From a virus: a DNA stretch of 64,000 nucleotides. The translations under genes and the position numbers were made by a program. Shown here piece by piece: positions 27,921 to 36,963 of the stretch. The stretch lies in IMG/VR virus record IMGVR_UViG_3300045988_126140, positions 69,599 to 133,598 of that record; one strand, 5' to 3'. Every line of letters starts with the position of its first letter. Position 1 is the first letter of the stretch. The notes beneath the pieces were generated by a model. The model worked only from the letters and a program-made list of their open reading frames with translations. It was not told the DNA's origin and made no database searches.

Positions 27921-29120
27921 TTATTTATCCAACCATTTTTTTAAAAGATTCCTCATCCTCTTAGAAGGTATATATAAATTAATTTCTTTTTCTTCTCGTA
28001 TACCACTTCTAAATAACCATTGAATTAATTCTGATAATGACCAAATATCTTCATCTATTTTTACACCTTTATCTGTGAAGAAATTGTTAATTGTAGGTTT
28101 ATAGTATCTATTTATTAAATAGGCACAATTAGTTTTATCTTTATATTCATTTGTCGCTCTACTGTTACAAGGTACAAATCCATTCGTGTATCCTTTACCT
28201 TTACACTGATTTTTATAATCTTCAAAGCAAGTCCACATATTAAATTGACCCTTTCCTTTAATTATGTGTGTAAAGTAATTGACTGTGTTATTTTTTAATT
28301 TCTTCATCAATTCCTTCTTACTAGATTTATCATACCAACTTTTAGATAGTGCAGTAGTTTTGTCTCCTATATCATTTAATTTTCCTTCGTATATATGTAT
28401 CAAACTTTTATATTTAGCACCATTAATTTCTTGATATTCACATAAGTTATAGCTGTCATTAATTTTACTTATTGATTTATATTCATATTCAACATTATTT
28501 AAATCATAGTAATATCTTTGTACTTGACCTTTAAACATATACGTTAATATGTAAACTTCTTTGAATGCTGTAAATATATTAATTGGAAAAGTCCACAGCA
28601 TTAATGAATTATTAAAGAAATATACATCTCCATTTTTAATTGGATTTTTCATACTACTAAATTTACCTTCATATGTATCATCTATCCAATGGGCTTTATT
28701 TTCTTCATCTATTTTGATTATTTTTTCATTTATTAATATTTGAATATCTCGTTTACTTATAGGTATTTGTTCGACAACATCACACACTTCATCTAATATA
28801 AGTATATACTCACCTTCTCGTATGTCATTTATCACTTCTTGACTTAACCCTCTAAATAAAGAATGTGTTGAAATTACGTTATAACCTTCTTTTACAAGTT
28901 CATAGAAGTGATTTGTCTTACTTCCTTTCCCTAGTTTCTCATTCGGCTTTCTGAACTCTCTATTATCACAAGTTTTAATTACTCTATCTATTTCAGATAA
29001 AAACGGTGTTATATACATAAATCTTTCAAATAGTTCATTATTCATATATTGTATTGCAAACGAAGTCTTACCGTACCCACATGGCGCATCAACTACTGTT
29101 ATTTTACATTGATTTTTCAT
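27921..29120 (-). CDS. SF2 helicase-like P-loop ATPase
   Basis: Walker A DAPCGYGKTS, DExx-like ILILDEV, STHS, and a motif-VI-like QWLFRSGIR. Confidence 0.5.
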   Translation of the reverse strand: MKNQCKITVVDAPCGYGKTSFAIQYMNNELFERFMYITPFLSEIDRVIKTCDNREFRKPNEKLGKGSKTNHFYELVKEGYNVISTHSLFRGLSQEVINDIREGEYILILDEVCDVVEQIPISKRDIQILINEKIIKIDEENKAHWIDDTYEGKFSSMKNPIKNGDVYFFNNSLMLWTFPINIFTAFKEVYILTYMFKGQVQRYYYDLNNVEYEYKSISKINDSYNLCEYQEINGAKYKSLIHIYEGKLNDIGDKTTALSKSWYDKSSKKELMKKLKNNTVNYFTHIIKGKGQFNMWTCFEDYKNQCKGKGYTNGFVPCNSRATNEYKDKTNCAYLINRYYKPTINNFFTDKGVKIDEDIWSLSELIQWLFRSGIREEKEINLYIPSKRMRNLLKKWLDK

Positions 29121-29122
29121 AA

Positions 29123-29392
29123 TTATTTATCTCCTTTATTAATTTTTCTTCTAGCTATGTAATATTTGATTTTATCTATTATAACTTTTCCTAAATACCA
29201 AGATATTAACAAACAAAATGCACAAACTGTAGTCAATATTATAAATTCTATAATTTTTATGTTCATTAATAAATAAAACAAAATAAGACATGTATAAGCC
29301 GATACATAAATACTTGTAAATATTCCTATCCAACCTAAAACACCTAATAACACATATCCTATATTAAATAATATATTTTTAAATTTAATCAC
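29123..29392 (-). CDS. small membrane protein (3 TM)
   Basis: GTG start 6 nt after SD AAGGAGTGG, preceded by the 15-mer. Confidence 0.55.
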   Translation of the reverse strand: MIKFKNILFNIGYVLLGVLGWIGIFTSIYVSAYTCLILFYLLMNIKIIEFIILTTVCAFCLLISWYLGKVIIDKIKYYIARRKINKGDK

Positions 29393-29514
29393 AATACCAC
29401 TCCTTTTTATTAATTATTTTTGATAATGCTTATATTTTTTATACAATCCATATAACACTAATGTATTTTAAATGCTTTATCTTTTCTCATACATTCATGG
29501 TCTACCACCTCCTT

Positions 29515-29562
29515 TCTTATATTACTATATTAACGAAATTATATTAAAAATTACCTATGATT
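29515..29562 (-). promoter_or_regulatory. class-2 bipartite promoter-like element (copy c) with mini-ORF
   Basis: Minus strand CATAGGTAATTTTT-N9-TCGTTAATAT, register 29559 to 29536 = 23 nt. Followed by SD and ATG AAT GTA TGA (29498..29487). Confidence 0.5.
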
Positions 29563-29781
29563 TTATTTCTTTTTATTTTTAATTATAGCGTCGTGAATTA
29601 CTACTATCATTATTAGTATAATCATAGGAAGAAACATAATTCCTGTTAATGTTATTATAAAAGCTACCTCTCCAAATGCTTCACCAACTATAACTGAATA
29701 TTTTAAAGCTTTAAATAATATAAATGCAGTTATCACAGCTCCTGATAATGTTGCACTATTTTTACCAGCATATCTCCACAT
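29563..29781 (-). CDS. small membrane protein (2-3 TM; holin-like size)
   Basis: 72 aa hydrophobic ORF with SD AAGGAG, downstream of two tandem class-2 elements. Confidence 0.55.
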   Translation of the reverse strand: MWRYAGKNSATLSGAVITAFILFKALKYSVIVGEAFGEVAFIITLTGIMFLPMIILIMIVVIHDAIIKNKKK

Positions 29782-29809
29782 AATATCAACTCCTTTTTAT
29801 TTATTTCTT

Positions 29810-29852
29810 ATTTATGTATTAACATAACTGTATCAAAAATTACCTATGAATT
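29810..29852 (-). promoter_or_regulatory. class-2 bipartite promoter-like element (copy d)
   Basis: Minus strand CATAGGTAATTTTT-N9-ATGTTAATAC, register 29848 to 29825 = 23 nt. Confidence 0.55.
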
Positions 29853-29934
29853 ACAAAAAATATGTATGTCCTCCAAGATTTTTATTAAGCTTCTTTAATA
29901 CCATTACAAAAACACTCCGAATATATGTGTTATT

Positions 29935-29976
29935 TTATATAATTAACAACTAATAATGAAAAATTACCTATGAATT
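29935..29976 (-). promoter_or_regulatory. class-2 bipartite promoter-like element (copy e)
   Basis: Minus strand CATAGGTAATTTTT-N9-TTGTTAATTA, register 29972 to 29949 = 23 nt. Confidence 0.45.
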
Positions 29977-29996
29977 ACATTATTTTTAATATATAT

Positions 29997-30027
29997 AGTA
30001 TTTAATTTAGTATTTAATAGTATTTAG
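29997..30027 (+). repeat. three tandem ~11-bp AT repeats TAGTATTTAAT (possible unwinding element)
   Basis: TAGTATTTAATT TAGTATTTAA TAGTATTTAG directly upstream of the iterons. Confidence 0.5.
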
Positions 30028-30070
30028 AGTGCCTATATATGTTGATATCGCTTGTATTCAGACTATTATA

Positions 30071-30263
30071 TATGAGTTTTAAAGGTTTTAATATGTGTTT
30101 TTAAGGAACAAATATGTTAAATTAAGTATTATTTCATTTATAAATATGTGTTTTTAAGGTTATTTTATTTCCTTAATTACTCATAATAATTTTAAATATG
30201 TTAAAATAAGGGACTATTAATATGAGATATTAAGGGTTATAATATAACTATGAGAAATTAAGG
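30071..30263 (+). repeat. iteron array upstream of rep
   Basis: Seven copies of TATG(A/T)G(N5-7)TAAGG at 30071, 30092, 30113, 30145, 30197, 30221 and 30249. The first three are 21 bp apart and the last overlaps the rep SD. Confidence 0.7.
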
Positions 30264-30272
30264 AGGTTTAAT

Positions 30273-31229
30273 ATGAGCAAAAATCAAATACTTATGAAAA
30301 ATAATACAATAGTTAGTGCTAGATATAACATATCTCTTATGCATAATAATATATTTATTTTCATATTGTATAAACTTCAGAAAGCTAAGTCTGGTAATGC
30401 ATATTGTTATATAAGCAAACAAGAATTTCAAAATCTTATTTCAAATAAAACACAGAAAACAGTTCCAGGTATTAAAAAAGTATTAGATAATATGCTAGAT
30501 GAAAAAATATATTTTAGAGAAGATGGTGAGTGGAGCTGTAAATATAGTATTATAGCTGGGTATGAATATAATAAAAAAGAAGATTTATTTAAAATAGTTG
30601 TCATTGATAAAGTTTATCATCTTCTTATGAATTACAAAGCTTATACACCTATTAATATGAAAATATTTTTAACTTTAAAATCAATATATAGCCAAAGATT
30701 ATATGACCTTCTTAGATTATGGAGTAATACAAAAGAAAATATAACATATGAACTAGATGAATTAAAAGATTTGTTAATGCTAAATAACAAATATAATTTG
30801 TATGCTGATTTTAAAAGAAATGTTCTTCAACGAGCTAAAAAAGAATTAAATAATACTGGAATGTTTGAATTATCATATACCGAAAATAAAAAAGGACGAA
30901 GTGTAAAGTCTATAACATTTCATGTGAAAGATTTAGATAAAAGAGTATATTTTAAAAAGAAACAAACTGAACAAATTTCGCCATTGTCATACATTTCTAA
31001 TAAGGATTTAATATCAAATGATTGTATATCATCTTTTCAAAAAGATTTTGAACTAATAGATTTCACATACGAAGATATGAATCAAGCTTTTATTGAATCA
31101 ATTAATATAACATTATCTAAATTTAATGTAGATAAAATAGATTATAATGTATATCCTTACTTTAAAGCTGTGTTAAATAATAAAATTAAGTATTATACTG
31201 ACTTATTTATAAAGACAAGTATTTTTTAA
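30273..31229 (+). CDS. plasmid replication initiator (Rep_3/RepB-like)
   Basis: The N-terminus NNTIVSARYNISLMHNNIFIFILYKL fits the Rep_3 signature (from memory). 318 aa, with iterons immediately upstream. Confidence 0.6.
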   Translation: MSKNQILMKNNTIVSARYNISLMHNNIFIFILYKLQKAKSGNAYCYISKQEFQNLISNKTQKTVPGIKKVLDNMLDEKIYFREDGEWSCKYSIIAGYEYNKKEDLFKIVVIDKVYHLLMNYKAYTPINMKIFLTLKSIYSQRLYDLLRLWSNTKENITYELDELKDLLMLNNKYNLYADFKRNVLQRAKKELNNTGMFELSYTENKKGRSVKSITFHVKDLDKRVYFKKKQTEQISPLSYISNKDLISNDCISSFQKDFELIDFTYEDMNQAFIESINITLSKFNVDKIDYNVYPYFKAVLNNKIKYYTDLFIKTSIF

Positions 31230-31369
31230 TCAATTTATCGACAAAATATATTTTCCATGTTATCATAATATAGTACACTCTCATAAGAATTGCAAATATC
31301 ACGTATAACATAGAATTTTCTTACAATTTTAATTAAATTATTACCTTTTGGAGATAAAATGTAATAATC

Positions 31370-31400
31370 AGCCCTTTTTAGGGCTTTTTCTTTTGTTTTT
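31370..31400 (+). terminator. terminator after rep
   Basis: Hairpin AGCCC..GGGCT, then TTTTTCTTTTGTTTTT. Confidence 0.65.
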
Positions 31401-31478
31401 TATAAAAATAAGCAATTTTTCTTAATTTTTAATGTTTTTTATGCATTTTTACTCATTTTTTACTAAAATTTTAGCATT

Positions 31479-31673
31479 TTATTCGTATTTTTTCTTAACA
31501 ATCTCACCAAATTCAGGAGCTTTCATTAAAATTTTCTCACGTATTGACCTATCTTTATAAATTTCCATCAATGATTCTAATTCTTTCAATGAGTTTTCTC
31601 TGATTACTCCACCAATTATTTCTCTTCCATCTCTTGATTTCATTTCCCATTCTACTTCCCAAATTTCTCTCAT
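31479..31673 (-). CDS. hypothetical protein
   Basis: 64 aa ORF, last of a three-gene leftward operon. Confidence 0.5.
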   Translation of the reverse strand: MREIWEVEWEMKSRDGREIIGGVIRENSLKELESLMEIYKDRSIREKILMKAPEFGEIVKKKYE

Positions 31674-31685
31674 ACCATCGACCTC

Positions 31686-31868
31686 CTAAAATAATTTTTT
31701 AACTATATTATATTCACATCCATATTGTGGATTTTTATTGCATTTTTCTTTTAACTCTTCAATTTCTTCCTTGACTTGTTCTTTATTTTTAAGTTTTGTT
31801 TCCTTTTTATAAACTGTTTCACAACAATCATCTATATCATATATATATCCGTACAATTCATATCTCAT
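31686..31868 (-). CDS. hypothetical protein
   Basis: 60 aa ORF with SD. Confidence 0.5.
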   Translation of the reverse strand: MRYELYGYIYDIDDCCETVYKKETKLKNKEQVKEEIEELKEKCNKNPQYGCEYNIVKKLF

Positions 31869-31880
31869 AATTGCCCCTCC

Positions 31881-32999
31881 TTATTTCTTTTTACCATACT
31901 TTTCACATATTTTAAGTACAGTCTCTCTATCAATATAGAAAGTTTGTATTTCTGTACCATATTCCTCATAGTCAAACACTCTCATATTCCCTGCTCCTCT
32001 TAATAAATGTAAATATCCATAGTTAATTATCATATTAGACCTAATTTCATCTTTACATTTACCACCTATAACGATATTTATATTTTGTTTAGTTATATTA
32101 GGTAATATATCTTTAGAAGGTAATTGGGTAGTTAGTATTAAAAATACCCCTGCCCCTGCACCTCTACTAGCTATTAAAGCTAACATATTGTGAAAATCTT
32201 TATTCTTCATATAAGAAGATAACTCTTCTATCACTATAAATCTAATAGGCATTTTTTTAAACTTTCTATATTGCCATATATCAGTACAATTTCTATAAGT
32301 AAACTGTTCATATCTTTTATCTATATCTTGTATAGCATCAAATAATATATCTTCAGCTTCATCTCTGTTTTCTGTATAATGAATTACGTTCTTACAGTTT
32401 CTAAATTCAAATAAATCTACTCTCTTTTCATTGATTAAATCTAATACAACATCACATTTTCTTTTCATTACTAATTGAGATATAATAACTCTTAAACAAT
32501 TAGATTTACCACATCTAGTAGCACCTGCTAAATACATATGTGCATTAGAAGGTTCGCTAAAATCAATATATCTAATGCTACAATCTTCTAAATTAATCCC
32601 AATAGGTATTTTATATCCTTTAGCCTTATGTTTTTCTAAATCAAAGTCAGCACATACTATCTCTTCCTTTTTAATTCTTAATTGAATATAATATCCATTC
32701 TTTTTAAAACTAACATCTTCTTTTTCTTTATTTAATAAATGACAAAACTTATTCTTATTATTACTAAAATCATCTATAGTCATTCCTACAGGTATTATAA
32801 ATTCATATATCTTATAATTTTCATCCTCCCATTTCTTTCTTAACTTAGGTATATCTCCAGAAACATTCTTCATATTGATATTATTAAAGAAATCAGTAAA
32901 ATCAATATGTTTAATATTAAATACATCTAAAACTGATTTACATAATAATGTTATTGTATCCCAAATAGTATTTGTTAAAGGTTCTATTACATTACTCAT
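31881..32999 (-). CDS. FtsK/SpoIIIE-family DNA translocase-like ATPase
   Basis: Walker A GATRCGKSN and Walker B RFIVIEEL. Its size of 372 aa matches plasmid Tra/TcpA-like proteins. Confidence 0.65.
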   Translation of the reverse strand: MSNVIEPLTNTIWDTITLLCKSVLDVFNIKHIDFTDFFNNINMKNVSGDIPKLRKKWEDENYKIYEFIIPVGMTIDDFSNNKNKFCHLLNKEKEDVSFKKNGYYIQLRIKKEEIVCADFDLEKHKAKGYKIPIGINLEDCSIRYIDFSEPSNAHMYLAGATRCGKSNCLRVIISQLVMKRKCDVVLDLINEKRVDLFEFRNCKNVIHYTENRDEAEDILFDAIQDIDKRYEQFTYRNCTDIWQYRKFKKMPIRFIVIEELSSYMKNKDFHNMLALIASRGAGAGVFLILTTQLPSKDILPNITKQNINIVIGGKCKDEIRSNMIINYGYLHLLRGAGNMRVFDYEEYGTEIQTFYIDRETVLKICEKYGKKK

Positions 33000-33118
33000 A
33001 TTATCATCTCCTTTTACTTAACTATATGCAAGTGTGTAGTAAATGTTTCCTAAATATTAAAAAAAATATTTTAGTAACATTATTTAAATATATACATATA
33101 CTATATTGAGGTGATAAT

Positions 33119-33712
33119 ATGACGGAAAGAGATTTAAATGTATTAAACTTTATTAATTTAGTTGCTATGTGTAGAACAGAACATATAAGAAACTTATTTT
33201 TTACAGGATTAACTAATACCACTTGGGATAGAAGAGCTAATAAATTAGTAGAATATAAGCAATTAAAACGATTTAGAAGTGGAATATATAATAGAGAATA
33301 TATTTATTATATTGAAAATAAACCTAATGAAAGATTACTTAGGCATGATATGTATATAACTGAATTAATATATAATTTATTATTACTAGGTGTAGAAATA
33401 ATATACGTAGATAGAAACGTTCAATTAGGTAATGTTATAGCAGATGGTTATATTATAATTAGATATAAAAAAGACAATACTATAATTAAGAAAGGCTTAT
33501 TAATAGAAGTTCAATTGCATGGTAGATTATCAGATTGTATAGATAAATACACAGATATTAATCCCATTAAAGAATATGTTATAGAACAAGGTATGCAGAC
33601 TCTTCCTTCTCTACTTATTATAAGCGACTTACAGGGTAAGATTAGAAATAAAATTCTTAAAACTATGTGTGTAAACTGTAACTTAGAGTGTTTAGACAAG
33701 TGTATATTATAA
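33119..33712 (+). CDS. replication-relaxation (Replic_Relax) family protein, putative
   Basis: N-terminal MTERDLNVLNFINLVAMCRTEHIRNLFF resembles the family signature (from memory). Divergently paired with the FtsK-like gene, as on Gram-positive plasmids. Confidence 0.45.
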   Translation: MTERDLNVLNFINLVAMCRTEHIRNLFFTGLTNTTWDRRANKLVEYKQLKRFRSGIYNREYIYYIENKPNERLLRHDMYITELIYNLLLLGVEIIYVDRNVQLGNVIADGYIIIRYKKDNTIIKKGLLIEVQLHGRLSDCIDKYTDINPIKEYVIEQGMQTLPSLLIISDLQGKIRNKILKTMCVNCNLECLDKCIL

Positions 33713-33721
33713 TGTAAAATT

Positions 33722-33765
33722 GAGTGTGTGATACAACTATTGCTTGTACTACACACTCTTTTATT
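33722..33765 (+). terminator. intrinsic terminator
   Basis: Hairpin GAGTGTGT..ACACACTC, then TTTTATTT. Confidence 0.65.
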
Positions 33766-34322
33766 TGGTATTTCAATGGTTTGATACGGTAAACTAAGGA
33801 GTTTATATAGATAAATTAATACGTAGTGGGGAGTATATTATGTCCAATTAACACCGTATTTTCCCATTTATTTCCAATATATTAAATATACTATTAAATT
33901 CCCATTAAATCAAGTACTAATTTATAAACGTAAAATAACATATTTATGATACCATTTCCCGAGAATAAGCACAACATAGAAACATTTAATTTTAATACTT
34001 TTAAATTAGGCAAAATGAAGTATAACAAAAACGTATTAATTTCCTAGTATTCTTGATTTGCAAATATGGCTATGTTGCAAATATAGGAGCTTGTAGGAAT
34101 TGCTAAAAATCTAATTCGGTATTTTTTACGACATGTAGTTGGTAAACTACTACACAGAATAAAATTTTTGTCAAGCCCCTCCGAATATGATACCACCCCC
34201 TAGATGTTGAAATATCAACATTTCTTACCCTTTGAAAAAAAATTCCTTCTCCAAAAAGTGTGATTAAGTATTAATTAATCGTACATTCTTAATTTTTTAA
34301 AGTGGTTGACTTGTCCAGAATT

Positions 34323-34388
34323 CTAGTTGTCTACAAGCATTTTGCTAGTTATCCACAAGTATTTTGCTAGTTATCCACAAGCTGTTAA
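34323..34388 (+). repeat. three tandem 22-bp repeats each containing a DnaA box
   Basis: CTAGTTGTCTACAAGCATTTTG / CTAGTTATCCACAAGTATTTTG / CTAGTTATCCACAAGCTGTTAA. Boxes are TTGTCTACA at 34327 and TTATCCACA at 34349 and 34371. Confidence 0.75.
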
Positions 34389-34535
34389 TATGTATAAATA
34401 TATATACGAAGGCAAGTATTACCAATACTTACAATTACATTTACAACTACATCTCAAGCTAACAACCTATAAGTCTATATAATCTAGTAATATCAACGCT
34501 TTCATACACTTATACACTTTTTTTCTTAATCTAAG

Positions 34536-34544
34536 TTATCCACA
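34536..34544 (+). promoter_or_regulatory. fourth consensus DnaA box TTATCCACA
   Basis: Exact consensus in the same orientation, in the context CTAAGTTATCCACAAGTA that matches the 22-bp repeats. Confidence 0.6.
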
Positions 34545-35002
34545 AGTAAAATTTTTCTAATTTTTTCATTTTACATTTTTTACCATTTATTCAATTTCCC
34601 CTAATAATCTAAAGTAATTTGTCTATTTTCCTTTATTTTCCTAAAGCGTCTACACTAAAATGTTCTACGGTTTACCTTTATTACCCAATACTATACAACC
34701 GTTGCAATAACTGTATCCTATACCTATAGTGGGTATATTGTAAAGCGTGAAACGGTTGAAACTGCTACATTCTTCTGTTTTCTTCTATTTGTGTATACCT
34801 ATGTATGGTATTCAATCCTAGTTATATCAACACTTCTATTGTTTTCCTTTGCATTTTCCTAAAGCTTACAACCGTTGATAATGCTAGATAGTTAATAAAT
34901 ATACCTATGATAATTAAGATAATAAATCATAATGTTAATTTACATTAATTAATTAAACTATTCTCTTCTGTTCTCTTTACTATATAAACCATGCATATAT
35001 TT

Positions 35003-35013
35003 TGTCGAATACT
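35003..35013 (-). repeat. AGTATTCGACA repeat (inverted copy; contains TGTCGAA)
   Basis: One of four copies (35003, 35340, 35372, 35553). Confidence 0.6.
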
Positions 35014-35339
35014 CTAAAGCTAGTAATATCAACAACTACAGTATTTTATAATAACTTTACAATATAAAACAATCTTTATATTTTCCCTAATTAAATAAAG
35101 CTAATCCTTGATTTACCTTAATATTTTAAAGGAGATATTATCATTCTGCTTTATTTAATTAAGTTAAACTTATTAATTAATACCAACTTTATTTATTAAA
35201 CTTTAAAATCAATTTTAAAATGGAGTATTCCATAAAAATAATTTTGTACTATATACTTTTTTATAGCTTTACTAAAATAAGTATATAGTACTATTCACTT
35301 TAATAAAATTCGTGACCCTATTTTCTACTATCAATAAGT

Positions 35340-35352
35340 AAAGTATTCGACA
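35340..35352 (+). repeat. AAAGTATTCGACA repeat
   Basis: Exact 13-mer, repeated at 35372. Confidence 0.6.
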
Positions 35353-35371
35353 TAATGCACTTTACTTATAT

Positions 35372-35384
35372 AAAGTATTCGACA
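35372..35384 (+). repeat. AAAGTATTCGACA repeat
   Basis: Exact 13-mer, 32 bp after the previous copy. Confidence 0.6.
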
Positions 35385-35552
35385 CTTGCTTTCACTATAT
35401 CAATTATTTTTTATGTAAGAATTATCTAATATGATACAAATATATTTTAATATATAAATTATTTTTTATGTAAAGAATTAATTATTTAGAGGGCGTAAAC
35501 TTTAATAAATAAAGTGACCATATTTTTTACTATCACTTTTTAAAGTAAAACT

Positions 35553-35565
35553 TGTCGAACACTTT
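35553..35565 (-). repeat. AAAGTGTTCGACA repeat (inverted, 1 mismatch)
   Basis: The plus strand reads TGTCGAACACTTT. Confidence 0.55.
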
Positions 35566-35787
35566 AATAATTGACTGTGGAGTCTATCAATTGCCTTGTT
35601 TTTTAAAGTGTTAATTGTCGGACTATCATATAAATTTATTTTTATGTAAAAATTTAATTTTATAATAAGAAAATCCAACACAACTAAAATATAGCTTAAA
35701 CTGTTGATATTACTAACTTGTAGCGTTTTTACTTATCATTTTTCTATCTATATATTTTTTAAGAAAAAAATAAATTTCAAAAAATTG

Positions 35788-35817
35788 TTGACAAATTAAA
35801 CTAGAACGTGATATTAT
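35788..35817 (+). promoter_or_regulatory. sigma-A-type promoter
   Basis: TTGACA-18-TATTAT with TG extension. First of two tandem promoters opening the rightward arm. Confidence 0.6.
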
Positions 35818-35869
35818 ATAAACATAAACAACAACAAAAAAATAATTAATAAAAAATTAAAAAAAGTTG

Positions 35870-35898
35870 TTGACAAAATAGACGACAAGTGATAACAT
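35870..35898 (+). promoter_or_regulatory. sigma-A-type promoter
   Basis: TTGACA-17-TAACAT with TG extension, preceded by the 15-mer at 35839. Confidence 0.55.
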
Positions 35899-35982
35899 TA
35901 AAGTATAAGTATTAGACAAGGGAGAACGCCCAACCGTTCATAAAGTAACAATAAAAATAATTAATAAATAGGAGTGGTAAAT

Positions 35983-36342
35983 ATGAAAACAAGAAATCCA
36001 AAGAACTTAGTTAAAAGATATGGAAATCTTTGCGAATTAGAAAACACTGTATCAGATTGTTATTTAGGAAATTCAAGTTTCTATATGTTATCTGACGGTA
36101 GATACTTGAATGCCGAATCTGATGGTAGTTACAGAGCAGTCGACCATAGAATAATTTTTGGAGCTACAAAAATAAGTGCATACGATAATGACGCTTTTGG
36201 AAAATTACAAAGAAATTACCAACTTATTAGAATAGTTCCAGAGTGTGAAACTATAATGTTAGATAAAAAGCAGAAGATAACATTAGAACAACAAAGAGAA
36301 CTTGACAACCTTGGTTTTGACATAGAATATTATTGGGAATAA
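35983..36342 (+). CDS. hypothetical protein
   Basis: ATG 35983 lies 8 nt after AGGAG; the ORF-track GTG at 35974 is unlikely. The stop sits in a hairpin followed by AGCTC. Confidence 0.7.
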   Translation: MKTRNPKNLVKRYGNLCELENTVSDCYLGNSSFYMLSDGRYLNAESDGSYRAVDHRIIFGATKISAYDNDAFGKLQRNYQLIRIVPECETIMLDKKQKITLEQQRELDNLGFDIEYYWE

Positions 36343-36402
36343 TAATCTATTCCCTAAAGCTCAAGTTTTAAAAATAATTAATAAATAAAGGGGATGTTTT
36401 AA

Positions 36403-36846
36403 ATGCTAAAAGGTGAAATAAGAAAAGGAACAATAAGAAATACAGAAGGACAAGAAAAGAAATATATTAAACAGTTCAAAGGTAACGACCTAGAAAAGTG
36501 TATCATAGCAATAAATAATATGATGCATCAACGTATATACACATCAAGTCACTTAAGAAAAAAATCAACAGTATCATATAATATGAGAACAATTTGCGAA
36601 ATGTTGAAATATGGAGAATTTGACGTCATAGAATACAATTACACTAGAGGACAAGGAAGAATATTAGTGGAAAGTTGGAGTACATTTCCAGTAGAAATTG
36701 ATGATAAAATGACACAATGTACAATGAAGGTTGTCGTTGAACCAAAAACACAAAAAATTATAACAGTATGGTATAATAGCGTTGACGACACTCATGTAAG
36801 TTTAAATATGAAAAGATATAACAAGGACTTAGAAATTGTGTTCTAG
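36403..36846 (+). CDS. hypothetical protein
   Basis: 147 aa. 15-mer, then SD AAAGGGGA, then ATG. The stop is embedded in a 7-bp hairpin followed by AGCTC. Confidence 0.7.
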   Translation: MLKGEIRKGTIRNTEGQEKKYIKQFKGNDLEKCIIAINNMMHQRIYTSSHLRKKSTVSYNMRTICEMLKYGEFDVIEYNYTRGQGRILVESWSTFPVEIDDKMTQCTMKVVVEPKTQKIITVWYNSVDDTHVSLNMKRYNKDLEIVF

Positions 36847-36899
36847 TCCTTCCAGCTCAATACTATCATTTATGATAATGAAAACAATTAATAAAATTG

Positions 36900-36928
36900 T
36901 TGACAAATATTAAATGATAGTATATAAT
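36900..36928 (+). promoter_or_regulatory. sigma-A-type promoter
   Basis: TTGACA-17-TATAAT. Shares the core AAATGATAGTATATAATAT with promoters at 37397, 37861 and 39135. Confidence 0.7.
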
Positions 36929-36963
36929 ATCGATATAAAATAAATTGATAGGAGTGATGAGTT

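Noticed and set aside
25403-33756. ORFs 25403..25639(+), 25980..26402(+), 28561..28743(+), 31776..32003(+), 33022..33222(-) and 33511..33756(-).
   Set aside because: They are antisense or overlapping shadows of supported genes, lack an SD and have hydrophobic low-complexity products.
34323-34388. Possible CRISPR array (short direct repeats).
   Set aside because: There are only three contiguous 22-bp repeats with no spacers. Each contains a DnaA box, and no cas genes are present.
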